Shown in pieces: positions 1 through 12,562 of a stretch of DNA of 64,000 bases; position 1 is the stretch's first letter; each line of letters begins with the position of its first letter. A model generated the notes under the pieces. That model worked only from the letters and a program-made list of their open reading frames with translations. It searched no databases and was not told where the DNA came from. This DNA comes from Podarcis filfolensis (lineage: Eukaryota): NCBI GenBank assembly GCA_964270895.1, contig OZ185447.1; one strand, 5' to 3'. Made by a program: the position numbers and the translations under genes.

Positions 1-2514
1 GGGATTTAAAACCCTCCTGAGAGATTTAGCTACAAATCACTAGTGTGCGGTACTCCACCAGCCACGAAGATATGCAAGAGTACTTTGGGAATGACGAAAT
101 GTAGCATCCCTTTGCTTTCAAACTTCAGGGGCCTAAACATTGAGCAGGCAAGTTCTCCTTAACTCTTGCTTAACGTAAGCCTATTTCACACCTCTTGTAA
201 AGAGACTAAGCTCGTGCTTTTAACATTGCATATGTATGTTCTCTCTGTACCACAAAGTCCACAGGCAAGAGGGGATGCAATGTGAGGGAAAGGCAAGGTC
301 CTGATATGCCTCTATGCACAGAAGGGGAGGAAAGGGGAAAGGAAGAGCACATACATGCAAACAGCACTGGAATGGGGGAATGTGTGAGGGTGACACGTGT
401 CTTTTAACTTGGTCCTTGTACTTTCCAGGTGCTTGAGAGGCGACGACTAAAAACCACCAGAGGATTCAGTGGACTGAGCACCTCTCTCTCTGTATGTGCC
501 TCTGACGGGCGTTCTTAAAAACGAAAAGGTAAGAAGTGTGCCTCCGGAGGTCCACTTGCCAACCATTTCAGTTATCCCAGTAAGAGACAACTACCAAATA
601 AAGTGGTTTAGAGCCACTTCTCTCATGTTAGATTTAAAGACACTAGATGTTTTCCAGAGGCCTCTTCCATAGGTAGAGCTTTGCAATCACATCACAGCTA
701 AATGAGTTATTAGACAAAGGCTCTAAGACCTACTTTTAAGGGTTTGTTGCACTGCATGGCTGCTGGCTGTTTAACTGGATTTGCCTTCTGTCCCAACACA
801 GAAGTGACCTTGGGAAGTCACTGAGCTTCTTTAAAAGTAACAGGAGAAGCAGCAATCAATATGCAGAGAAGGATGACTTTCAAGAATCTTTCTCCTGCTT
901 AGAGGAGCTCAGCCTTTGCTCTTCCATCACAGCAGCACAGCCCTATAAATTTCCAGTTATATCGTAGTTCCCTGTTATACTGACAGCAACACTCCAAAGA
1001 ATTTGCTTTTGGTCCATGAGACTATCCCAAGCCAGCAACAGCATCTTGAGGGGGAGGAAGAGGTATGTTTCTAGTGCAAGGCAGTAGTTCCCCTGATCCC
1101 TTCATCCAATTGCCAGGCTGGCTTGGGGGGCAGTAGAAAGAGGAGGAAGGATTGTAAACATTGCTTGGCTCAAAAAGTACAAGAAAGGGAGATGATGCTT
1201 TCTGCAAGTCTGCCTTTGGGCTGACAGGAATGTGGGTTCAGGAGAAAAGCTCCACATACGGATCTGCCGTCAGTAAGAGCCCCATGAATACTCCCTAAAG
1301 CAAGGAGCAATTGGTCCCTATGCTAACATCTCCACAGTAACTGGGATTCTTCTTGCCCAAGGCTGCTGTTGTCAAGGTTATTCAGAGGAGTGCCCACCTG
1401 CCTCTCTACAGGTTAGGTGTCAACAGAATTTGGACTTCTACAAAAACAGAGCGGGAAGGGCATTGATAAACACCAGGAATCTGCGAGAAATGACTATTTG
1501 CAGGCATTAAGCTAGGGGAGTCTTGCATAGGCCAGTTCAAAAGTTTACTTGAAGCTACTTTTAGGGTGGTGAGGAGGGCAGCAGGAATGGTCAGAAGCAT
1601 CTGGAATATGCTTCTCTTCCTCCTCAAACACTCTCAGCTCAAGGGGGTAGCACCAAATGAAGCTGTGCAGAGTAGTATCCCTTAGCTGCAGAAACTTGGG
1701 CAGCAGTTTAGGTCCTGTGCACATTCTACTCCAGACTAATTTTCCCCAGGAACGCAGGGTGCATGTTTTCCTCATGCCCTATAATATTAAGCCTAAAGTA
1801 AATGTACACTCTTATTAAGACACGGCATCCAAGAGTCCTGGATAGAATTGTTATTTTTCTCCTAAACCTCCCCTTCTGTACCTCTGCACCAGCTACTGCT
1901 TTCGCTTTCATCTCCCTTCTAGATATGACAGATGTGCTGGTTCCTTTTGACTCCAAAAGCTCTCCTGCTTTTAACAAGTGGTTTGACTTATTTCCAGCTG
2001 ATAAAGATTTATAGAAAGGAAAATTAATGAGCAAGAGTTGACATGCAAACAGAGGCCTTGGACAATTTTTTTCAATGGGAATGATCAGAGACTTGCGCAA
2101 GTTACTCAAAGCTCCACTCTCCCAAAGGGAAGCATGGCGGTGGTTCCTGCCCCTGGGCCTCCCTACACCAATTCTGGTTCCACATATCAGTTTGGTTAAG
2201 ATGTGCACATTTCAATCGGCATCAAAATCAATTCCCAAAAGGGCAGGAAGAGGGCACAGTGCCATGCTTCATGAAAGCTGCGGGAGAGGATGGAAAGACA
2301 ATTGATCTTTGATAGTAAAAAGGACACCCACCCCAAGTTCAAATGCCTCCAAAACAAGGCTATGTTGGCAGAAGATTTTTTTTTTAAATGGCCATGTCAG
2401 AGGTTCGGAACAAAATAACTGATGTGTGACAAGACAGCAGAGAAGGGATAATGGAACAAGAAGCACACAAGAGCCCTCCCCCTGCTTGCTTTCAGGGTGG
2501 CACCCGAGTGGAGC
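1..2514 (-). other. LASP1: Probable LASP1 3' UTR (end not defined)
   Basis: Directly follows the stop codon and is poor in recognisable repeats. I found no AATAAA/ATTAAA on the minus strand here, so the UTR may run beyond the window. Confidence 0.5.
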
Positions 2515-2688
2515 TCATATAGCCTCCACATAGTTGGCTGGAAGCATGCCTGTGTCACCGGTCCGCTCAACGGTGCCATACATCCAGCCGTCATCAATCT
2601 GCTGCACATTGATTATGGTGTCACCGTCCTGGAAGGAGACCTCGTCCTCATCAGCTGCGTTGTAATCGTAGACTGCACGGAACCGCTT
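2515..2688 (-). CDS. LASP1: LASP1 exon 7 CDS (SH3 domain [19 protein letters not shown]...PANYVEAI, stop)
   Basis: 174 nt including TGA at 2517-2515; pyrimidine tract + CAG acceptor; canonical SH3 motifs. The seven exons sum to 801 nt = 266 aa + stop. Confidence 0.97.
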   Translation of the reverse strand, partial: KRFRAVYDYNAADEDEVSFQDGDTIINVQQIDDGWMYGTVERTGDTGMLPANYVEAI

Positions 2689-3027
2689 CTGGGGCGGGGA
2701 AGAAAAGAGCAGGGATGGATTAGTGTTCAGTGACTTTGGGGGCTCCTCACCCACCCTTGTTTTAAGTACATTGGACGTCCAAAACTTGTGGCTCCCAAAT
2801 CCCAACAGAAAGGTACATCCCACCTTATTTTTTTAGCAGGCCTGATCTCTTAAATCACTGTTCCAAGCTGCTGGTAGTAGCCTAGAGTGCTCCAGCAGCC
2901 ATGCTTTATGATCTTTTGCATGCATGTATGCAAACACACACACACACACACAGCAACAAAAACTTAGGTTTGATGCTGGCATGTGGCACAATCCGAGTTA
3001 ACACCAACCTGCTGCTTTACAAGTTTA

Positions 3028-3453
3028 CAGTGGTGCCCCGCAAGACGAAAGGGTTTTCCGATTTTTAGCGGCTTCGCAAGACGAATTTCCCTATGGGCTT
3101 GCTTCGCAAGACGAAAGCCCATAGGGAAATCTCCGGGGACAGCGGGGAAGCGCAGCGCGCCTTCTCCTCTGTTCCTGGACCTGTCCTGAAGGCTTGCGGT
3201 GGGAGGAAGGTTTTCCTCCCCACCGCCAACATTCAGAAGGCTGTTCTGAAGGCTGGCGGTGGGAAGAAAAGCCCTTCTCCCCCGCCAGCCTTCAGAAGAG
3301 TTCCCGCAGGGCTGCCTAGGCTGCGGATAGCAGCCTGCTGCCCCGCGTGAGGGGCGCTCTGCTTCAGAGCGCCCCTTGCGCTGGGCAGCAGGCTGCTATC
3401 CACAGCCTAGGCAGCCCTGCGGGAACTCTTCTGAAGGCTGGCGGCGGGAGAAG
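3028..3453. mobile_element. Tc1/mariner-type MITE, right end missing, palindromic interior
   Basis: TA + CAGTGGTGCCCCGCAAGACG left TIR; no matching right TIR found; near-perfect 180-bp palindrome at 3274-3453. Confidence 0.7.
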
Positions 3454-4287
3454 TGGCTTCAGATCAGTATCTAAAGGGCAGAGTCATAGAGCCAACAGGC
3501 AGCTCAGGGCAGGATATTGCCATCTCTTGGCCTTATGTTTTACACGGTTTCCCACAAATGCACCTGTAAAGCATTTTGTTCACTTCCAATCAGATTATAT
3601 CTGCTCACGCCGGGCAGACTTCCGCAGCTTGGGGAGCCCTGCGGGGAAGTCCTGCAGGGCTCCCCAAGCTGCGAATGTCTGCCCCGCGTGAGGGGCGCTC
3701 TGCTTCAGAGCGCCCCTTGCGCTGGGCAGCAGGCTGCTATCCACAGCCTAGGCAGCCCTGCGGGAACTCTTCTGAAGGCTGGCGGCGGGAGAAGTGGCTT
3801 CAGATCAGTATCTAAAGGGCAGAGTCATAGAGCCAACAGGCAGCTCAGGGCAGGATATTGCCATCTCTTGGCCTTATGTTTTACACGGTTTCCCACAAAT
3901 GCACCTGTAAAGCATTTTGTTCACTTCCAATCAGATTATATCTGCTCACGCCGGGCAGACTTCCGCAGCTTGGGGAGCCCTGCGGGGAAGTCCTGCAGGG
4001 CTCCCCAAGCTGCGAATGTCTGCCCCGCGCGAGGGGCGCTCTGCTTCAGAGCGCCCCTTGCGCTGGGCAGCAGGCTGCTATCCACAGCCTAGGCAGCCCT
4101 GCGGGAACTCTTCTGAAGGCTGGCGGCGGGAGAAGTGGCTTCAGATCAGTATCTAAAGGGCAGAGTCATAGAGCCAACAGGCAGCTCAGGGCAGGATATT
4201 GCCATCTCTTGGCCTTATGTTTTACACGGTTTCCCACAAATGCACCTGTAAAGCATTTTGTTCACTTCCAATCAGATTATATCTGCT
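3338..4287. repeat. 341-bp-period tandem array (268-bp A x3, 73-bp J x2)
   Basis: Near-identical copies at offsets of 341; the ORF track shows identical peptides starting at 3517, 3858 and 4199. Confidence 0.95.
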
Positions 4288-4567
4288 ATATACATGTTTG
4301 CACACTTTTTCCTGCCTTCCCCACTACTCAACCTCAGAGATGGAACATTTCACAGGGAAGAGCCAAGCTACGTATTTCAGAGTACATAGTCGAACCTTTT
4401 GCATCCTTGCGTGTGTGTGTGTGTCTGTCTGTCTATGTCTAGGCAGGCAGGCAGGCAGGCTTCTGCAAAAGGCCAGGTTTAATTAACATTTCAGTTTCAT
4501 TTCTTCCTTCCTCCCACAACTGTCAGTTGATGACTGGTTACTTTCCTTCTTCCTAGATCACACTTAC

Positions 4568-4671
4568 CCCTCCGCCAGATGGGGCGTTACGCTGTATTGA
4601 GACAGGTGCTGCTGGTTCCTTGTAGCTGTAAGACTGAGAGGCTGGTTGTGCTGGTGGCTGGTGGTGGTAAA
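4568..4671 (-). CDS. LASP1: LASP1 exon 6 ([35 protein letters not shown])
   Basis: 104 nt, CACAG acceptor, GTAAGT donor; the [12 protein letters not shown] motif matches LASP1; phase 1 in, 0 out. Confidence 0.95.
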
Positions 4672-5815
4672 CTGTGGGACACAAAGATTACTGTTAATTG
4701 TCTATTGATCAGATTGAAACTGCAGAACCTGCCTCAGGCCCTTAGGAAACAATGCAGAATTTTTGCACGTGAGTAAATCTGCAATGAGTAAATGTTATAG
4801 GTAGAGATATTTGACAGCCACTGTCCAGACATAAATCTGGAACAGCATAAGTGCTCCCCCTCCCCCTTCCCTCCTAGTGCTTTACTAGCTTTGGTGGAAA
4901 AGACTCAACTAGTTGGGTTCCTTTTAACTCAAGAACTTTCTGCACCTTGTTTGGAAGTGACTGCAGTTTGGCATCTCCTTGTTGCAGAAATCACTGTTCT
5001 ATCTTTGCAAAGCACACACGGAACATGGAACTCTGTATTTTGCCGCTAAGGTCCAGAAAATGTTCAAGTAGCTATCTTAGCCTGCCTGTTCCTTGAACAA
5101 AATGCTATCAAATTCAATCAAGTTATTCTCTAACAAACCTTGAATGAATTTTAATAAATACTAAATTCTAACAGCTCATAAAACATGCTGTTAAATGCAT
5201 AATCATAAAATAGCCCAACTATAAACTCAATAAAGGAAAGGAGTCCAGACAATTTTCACTTGTAATTTGTTACTTTCAGCACTTCCACATTCTTCTGTAG
5301 TCTCTTGAATTCATGGTTTCTCCTAATACTTTCCCATACATCTGCAGATACACCAACCCAGAGCTCTCACACAATACTGACAGACCTAGTCTAAAGTGGT
5401 TTCTTTCATTTCAGACTCTCAGCCCTCAATTACTCTGTCAGCTGTCCACATTTGGCTAGGACAACAATTAACAGATGCACAGTACATTTGAAGAAGCTGC
5501 AGATGGATAGCTGCAATACCCAGCATGACTTGGAATATTCTCTTTCTGGTAGACTCTACCTTCAGCTTACGCCCCACCCTCCATCTCCTTAGCTGCTATG
5601 GAATTTTCCTGATCAGAAAAGCAATTCAATCATTCTAATAGGTCCTTACAAAGGCACTACCTTATCATCACACAGTGAACAGAGTCAAACTCATTTCCCT
5701 CCCTTTTTTGGGGTGGTGGGGTTGCTAAATGCCACAGGAAGACCCATTCATTCAGGTATGTAGGGTGGGTTGTTGGTATTCTCCCCACCCCCTTTTCTCC
5801 AGCACAATGTATTAC

Positions 5816-5981
5816 CAGGGGTACTTGGTTGGACATGATGAGGTTGCTGGTGTGGTGGCGGCTGCTGCTCCACTGGCCTCCTGTAGTTGGCGCCCTCCTG
5901 GGAGTTCTGGCGTTCCGATTCGCCTCCCTCTCCACCAGGTGCACCCATCCTGCTCTTCTCAAATTCTTCATGGTACTTTAT
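5816..5981 (-). CDS. LASP1: LASP1 exon 5 ([20 protein letters not shown]...[10 protein letters not shown], linker)
   Basis: 166 nt, CTGCAG acceptor, GTAAT donor; open frame; phase 0 in, 1 out. Confidence 0.93.
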
Positions 5982-7072
5982 CTGCAGAGGAAGGGGAAGA
6001 AAATATTAGAGCAGCACCAATAACACACACAGTGTGAAAGTTTTCGTGTTGTTTAAGATATTCCCCACACAATCAGAAGGTGCCTTTCTGCCTGGTCTAT
6101 AAAGTTCTTACAATGCAAGGCCCCCGCCCCAGTCTCCACTGCTTTCAGCCCTCTCTCTAGTTGTGAATGGTAAATTGGCAGCTGCAAGTGAATGAACTGA
6201 TAATCCCAAGGGTGGAAGGCTCAGTAATATAGTCCTATCATTCTCTCTTCAGAAACGCCCCCTTCAACTTCCCTCCCCATCTGAGAAGTCACTGCAGCAC
6301 TGCATATAAACCAGAAGGTGGCAGTGGACAACTAGCACTTCACGTACTGTGAACTGTTACCTCCCCCTTCTCCTGTGGCTGGAGAGTACAAGCAAAGGAA
6401 TGGCTTGGCACATACCGCCAAGCTCAGTGCTAGGCTCTCCCTCCAGACATTTCAGCTGCCTTTTTATTCAGTAGATGCAAGACAGAAATTCTACAGTCAG
6501 GAATACCAAAGCATCACTACTGTTGGTTACTTGCTCCTGCATCTTAGCTGCTTTTGATGTACAGACATTAAACATCTGCTACCTGAAGATGCAGGGCCAG
6601 GGCCAGCGTCAACATCCTTGGGCAATGTCCAGGGCCTGCCCCTGGCCTTCCATTTAATTTTACAGGTCTAGCACTTCAAACAGCACGATAGTGTCTAGCC
6701 ACCATTTACATTTTCCCCAATGTAGTGTCACTTTACAGCAGGCCTGGGGACCCATTTTTGGCTGGTGGGTCAGATCTTTATCTCCCCACTGCCCTCCTGA
6801 CAACCACCTGATGTCATAGTGACATCAGGCAACGCTGTACTTTGAAGCCCCGACAGTCATGACTTCAAAATGCAGCATCGGGCTGCTTGAAAGGTCTTTT
6901 GCAAACAGCCCGGCACTGCTCTTAAATGTCTGAAAACCAGAGGTTTAAAAGAGCAACACAGGACAGTCTGAAAAGGGCTTTCAAGCGACCCCGTCATGAG
7001 CTTTGGGTACATGCACCAAACTCCAGCAGGGGAATAGTGGCACACAGCCAAAATGCTGAGCAAGCTTTAACC

Positions 7073-7323
7073 CAGGGGTCAGCAAGCTTTTTCAGCCGTG
7101 GGCCAGTCCACCGTCCCTCAGACCATGTGGTGGGCTGGACTATATTTTTTTTTGGGGGGGGGAATTAATTCCTATGCCCCACAAATGACCCAGAGATGCA
7201 TTTTAAATAAAAGCACACATTCTACTCACATAAAAACAGGCGGATTCCCAGACCGTCTGCGGGCTGGATTGAGAAAGCGATTGGGCCGCATCCAGCCCAC
7301 TGGCCTTAGGTTGCCTACCCCTG
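7073..7323. mobile_element. hAT MITE
   Basis: CAGGGGT...ACCCCTG TIRs; 8-bp TSD CTTTAACC. Confidence 0.9.
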
Positions 7324-7593
7324 CTTTAACCCCTGCTCATCAGCTTATAAACTGAAGTTAAATCTTGATGCTTTAGCTGTGCATTATTGTTCCCAGCAAG
7401 GGAACTGGTGTACACAGCAAATTCAGAATAAAATCCTGTGCCCCCCCCATGATATCATTTGGATTGAGTGACGTCAGCTGGTGGCAGATGGGCATTTTTT
7501 AAAAATGGCTTTGTGGGCCATGTCTGACAGCTTAAAGGGTCAGAAGTTCCTCACCCCTAGAGTCTAGGGCATTGTGGGATATTAAAATAGGTA

Positions 7594-8023
7594 CCGTATT
7601 GGCCTGAATATAAGCTGCATTTTTGCTCCAATTTCGGACCCTGAAAAGTTAAAGTGTGGTTTATATTTGCGACTTTTTACCATATGCTGCTGAAAGCGGC
7701 TGCGGAGTGTGTGCACTCCCTATCTGCTTGGGGGAGGGGGAAGCGGTGCCCACCTCCTAGCTGCTCGGCGGTGGGGAGGGGGGAAGCGTGTGCAGGCCAA
7801 CCAGCTAGGGAGCATGCACACTACCAAGCAGCCGGCGCTCAACTTCAAGCTCACTCCGCGCCCGCCTCCCGGCACTACCACCCTGAACAGGGGCAGCAGA
7901 CACCAGCTTGGAGAGCGGGACGCTGAGCATCGGCACCAGCTTGGTGGCCGCACCTGTGAATAAGACTTGAATTTTAAGGGTGCGGTTTATACGCAGGTGC
8001 GGCTTATATTCGGGCCAATACAG
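7594..8023. mobile_element. Tc1/mariner (Tc2/pogo-like) MITE
   Basis: CCGTATTGGCCTGAATATAAG / CTTATATTCGGGCCAATACAG TIRs; TA TSD. Confidence 0.85.
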
Positions 8024-8289
8024 TAAACCCAGCCATCTAGTGTAACTTGCAGCATGGCTATCACCACCACCAGGCAAGCCTGCCAGAGCCTACCGACAAA
8101 GCAAGAGGCAACACCAGAGCACGTGTTGCCCACTCAAAATCTGAGGCACTCTGTCCAACATAAAATCACATAAAATCACAACTTTTTCAATAATTAAGGT
8201 CAATCCCCAATTTCTAAAGTGAGAAAAGTTGGGCCCTAAAGCAGTGAGGAACTTGAGTTTTCTACCTGGAAAGAAGCCCTTGTGAGTGT

Positions 8290-8790
8290 TTTTATTTAAA
8301 TATGTATAAAATGCAGCAAGGTGGTATATAGCATATAAAATTACAGTAACATTGATAAAGCATAAAAAAAACTGGTTGGGAAAAAGAAACTAATGTTTCA
8401 AAGGCCTGTCTGAATAACAGAGTTTTCAATAAATGTTTAAAAGTCGAAGTACCCCTCTACCGACCCTCTACTTCAGACAGGGGGAACTTTTGTGGCTTGG
8501 TGGACCCGATCGCTCCCTCTCCTCCAACCCGCAAGCAAACTTTGACAGGTGGGTGTCAATGCTGATGGGGGGGGGCAAGGATATTTCCCTTCAGGAAATA
8601 TGCTGCTGAAGCAGCACCCAGCATGATCACTCAATGATGTCAGCTGATTGACATGTGGGCATGGCTGGAGGGAAATGGCCTCTTTGGTCTGCTGGCAAGG
8701 CCTGCTATAGCAAACGCCAACACAACCTCAGAGCAGCCCCGCATAAAACACAATACTCATTGATGAGGGTTTGGTTCTCTGTGTATGTTT
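8290..8790 (-). mobile_element. Degenerate L2-like LINE 3' fragment
   Basis: The minus strand reads FKHLLKTLLFRQAF (an L2-type ORF2 end) near 8400-8445; decayed upstream. Confidence 0.5.
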
Positions 8791-10215
8791 AAAGATATGC
8801 TCATTACAGTCTATGGCATGCCCACAGCCATACAGGAAGCTAGCTATCATAAACGTTGGGGAAAACCCTGCACTGCCGAAGAAAGGTTGCTATTGGTAAC
8901 AGTCCTCTATCTCCAGTTGTGTTTAGCAAGGGCAAAGTCTGGCTGCAAATTCCCTACATGTGATCATATCTGCGGTCACAACTCTTAACAACCCTAGGTA
9001 TTCTTCCACCATTACATGTGATACCTCATCTTCCTCCATAGCAACACGGTACCTGAAGCGGTAAGAGTAAAGGAGGTGGAATAAGGGCACATTTTGTGCA
9101 GGGATAGATCTGAGCCTTTATTTGGGTGAGCATCCTCTGCTTGATTAGGGAGCATAAGGATCAAAACCTCATCCCATCATGTGGATATATACTTTCCACA
9201 CCTTTTGGGGTTCAGAGGTATTAGCCAGGCACCACTCACATTTTATTAAAGATTATCTTTGCTGCCATTATAGGAATATACACAGCCATACTTTAACTTC
9301 TCTTTATATAGCAGTGGCCCACTGCCTCCTTTTAAAAAAACAAAAAAATCCTCCTAACAGGATGGAAAAAGCCTTTCCAAGGTATCTGGCTCTCTTAAGG
9401 ATCATGCAAACCATGCAAAAAAGCTGGAATCTACAGAGACAGCCCCACATGTGGTTTTGTTGCTTCCATGGGTTTCTCTAAGGAGTGTGCGCCAAACTGG
9501 GTTTTGCTATAGGCATCAGATAAGCCCTTTCCCAAGACACACATCCAATTGCAAACCTGGGAGGTTTGCAGCCAAGAGGGGACAGAACTGAGTCTGCAAC
9601 CGAAGAGGAAAAAAGCAGAAAAGGGCAATTACTGTACTTAAAAGCTCAAAGTGTGTCTGGCGAAAGAGACTGTGGAGCAGAGGGCCTGGGAAGGGAATTC
9701 CTGTGGGATTAAACTCATCCTGCAGGGCTCCCCCCCCCCCCGAATTAACCCCCAGAGCGCCAGCTCACGCCAGATGGCCAAAGCAAATTATTAAGGCCAG
9801 ATTAGTCAACAGACCTCAAAAAAAGTATTTTGCAGCTAGGATTAAACAGAAGAAATCACCACACACTAATTTTAACCATGGAAGTCTTGATATTTCACAT
9901 TCTCCTTCCTTGCTTTATGCCATTTGTCACTTCCTTGTTTTTGATCTTCAGAACTCTTTACGCCTACTGTATGTAAATTCCTTGTAGGGAGGACCCTGCT
10001 CCCATCGGTTTAGTCACCTAGTGCAGTCTCACCCACCCAAATCAGTGTGAAAAATGGTGCTCACAGCTTGGTACTGGGGAACATGGGTTCAACTCCCATC
10101 TTAAAATAATTACTGGGTGGCCTTCAGAAAATTGCATGCTTTGTCCGCCATCACCAACTTAGTAAAATGGAAATAAAATCTCTTACTGGGCTTTGAGAAT
10201 AATAAGTAACTACTA

Positions 10216-10449
10216 CAGTCAAACCTCGGATCCCTGACGCCTTGGTTTTGGAACGTTTCCGCTCCTGAACACCGAAAACCTGGAAGTAAACGCTCCGGTT
10301 TTCAAACGTTTTTCGGAAGCCAAACCTCCGATGCAGCTTCCGCTTGAGTGCAGGAAGCTCCTGCAGCCAAACAGCACCTTGGTTGTCGAACATTTTGGAA
10401 GCCAAACGGGCTTCCAGAATGATTAGGTTCGACAAGCGAGGTTTGACTA
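10216..10449. mobile_element. Tc1/mariner MITE (CAGTCAAACCTCG family)
   Basis: TIRs CAGTCAAACCTCG / CGAGGTTTGACT; TA flanks. Confidence 0.85.
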
Positions 10450-12454
10450 TAAAGAGTCACAGGTGCCTGGTCACATTGTTAATTGGTGCATTCAGAAACT
10501 GGAACATTTTCTTCCACCCTATTTGGAAGCTCTGTGTAGTTAGGGTTACCATCTCCCACCAACCTCAAAACTGTTGTGTGGTAGGAGTTGTAGACCACAC
10601 CATGTACTAAAAACTATATAAATTATCCATGGAAGAAGATAAGACTATTTTTGCTGTTTTCCTGAAAGAGGAAATCAAGCTGGTCACCTCTTCCCAACTG
10701 GCTCTCTACAAGGCGTCAGGCTGTCTCTGTCCCATTCCATCACAGCTTCCAGCAAGAGCAGGTGCTGGGAAGGCTGGGCCCATGTCCTTCCAACACATAT
10801 GGAAGGAATACATAACGGAAGAAAGCTAGCAGCTGGTTCGAATCCTCCAGTGCCTGCACTGCTGAAGCCCTCTGTGTGCAGCTGGGGGTGGAACAGAGGT
10901 CAAGAGGGAAAACAGCCAAAGATGACAGTACGTAGGCAGTTTCAGAGTGGGAGGGAGAAATGTGCCTGAATTGGCTCATAGGAGCCAACTCCAGGGAGCC
11001 GTAGGTGCCTGGGCACCCACAATGATATAACTGGGGGGGCCAGGTACCCACAAAGTCAATGAGAAAAGGCAGCAGGCGGCTACGTTGCAGTGACAGGCAC
11101 CCACAATCCTGAGCGCAAGAAGGCACCCCTGCATTGGCTAGAGACACAATACAGCAGGGTTAAGCCACAGCTACTCAGTTTGCTTATGGGAGAATTTGGA
11201 TTCATGGATCCCTGTAGTCTGATTCTGCAGCTACATATGGTTGATTACTATATCCTATACAGTCACAAGATGTTTAGTTCAAGGTCTCATGGACGGTGTT
11301 TTTCTGAGAAGCAGGTCAAGTTCTGCTACTGTTTCCTCATTTTGCAAATCACTCATAGCACAGGGGAGGAGAAGTGAGAGCTCAAACAGTAAAAATGTTC
11401 CAGGCTATGCAGTTGGTTCAGCAAGGTTCAGCCCTCAGGAGGGGGGGGGGGGACATTTCAAGCCCTCCTGGCCAAAAAAACCCCTGGAGGCTGGTAAATA
11501 ATTTACAGGCAAATGCAAGGGAAAGAGGTCTGGGAGACATTAGGGCTATTCAGAGAATGGTACCTGACTCAGAAAAAGTACTTCATTTCTTCTCATGGGT
11601 AGAACTGACTGCCTCCAAGATTCCTATCATTTGTATACTACAAGTTCAAATTCTACTCTGCCTGCAGGAAAAGAAAGTAGTCAATATCCAAAAATTAGTT
11701 TATATTTCTTGCCAGATATTTTCTTTCTATGCCTTGGTGAAATTGTTTACTAAGTTGTATGTGGGAGGAAACAGTTATGTAACCCAGTTCTTCAGCAACA
11801 TTGGACATTTAGTAACCTGAGTCCACAGTTCCTGCTTAAACCCACCCACTTCCTATTCCTTTGTTTCAAAGAAAAATTCAATGTAGTGAGCGATCACCAG
11901 CGTGGGTATTTTATTTTTCCTTAGGAAAAACCAACACATGCTGTTAACAATTAAGACTTTTTGCATAAAGTGGTCTTCTTTTATCAAGTTCTGAGAAATA
12001 GGTACAATCTAGATTTTCTAAAGCACCAAGCTTTTCTAGAATATAAATTAAGATGCTGAATGGTCTTAAGAAATATTGTTGAAATAGTGCATATACTTCC
12101 TGTTTTTATATTATATTCCAACATGATAAAGCTCAAGTATTTTTATACTATTTGCAATAAAGAGAGAGAGAAAAGACACTTCGGTGTAACACACAAACTC
12201 ACTGTCAGCATTTAAAACTTTTGATAATACCTTTAACTGTATTGTCTTCTGTGCTGTACAGAACAAGTAAGGCTAAGGCTGCAAGAAAAATTCTGCAACA
12301 CTGCCCAGTTTCAAAACAACTATAGAATTTGGGAGGTTTGCAGCAGGGATTTTGAAAGCGAAAACTGTGTTGCAGTAGTACCTGCCAAGGGGAAAACCAA
12401 AGCTGAACAGTATAAAATATGCACAGAGAAAACAGAATATGCAGGGTGGCTTAC

Positions 12455-12562
12455 GTTACTGATCTGATCCTGGGTCTTCTTGATTCGCTGCAATTCCGGG
12501 GTGTCAGCCACCACGCTGAAGCCCTTCCCTTTATTCTTTTCGAACTCCTCCTTGTAGCGGAC
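12455..12562 (-). CDS. LASP1: LASP1 exon 4 (nebulin repeat 2, [36 protein letters not shown])
   Basis: 108 nt symmetric phase 0-0 exon, ACAG acceptor, GTAAGC donor. Confidence 0.97.

Noticed and set aside
3338-4287. 341-bp tandem array as a retrozyme or CRISPR-like array
   Set aside because: No CUGANGA/GAAA hammerhead core on either strand and no unique spacers; the units are plain duplicates in a vertebrate intron.
3347-4486. Long ORFs (114-194 aa) in the tandem array
   Set aside because: They are by-products of GC-rich repeats, with no domain similarity and non-ATG starts.
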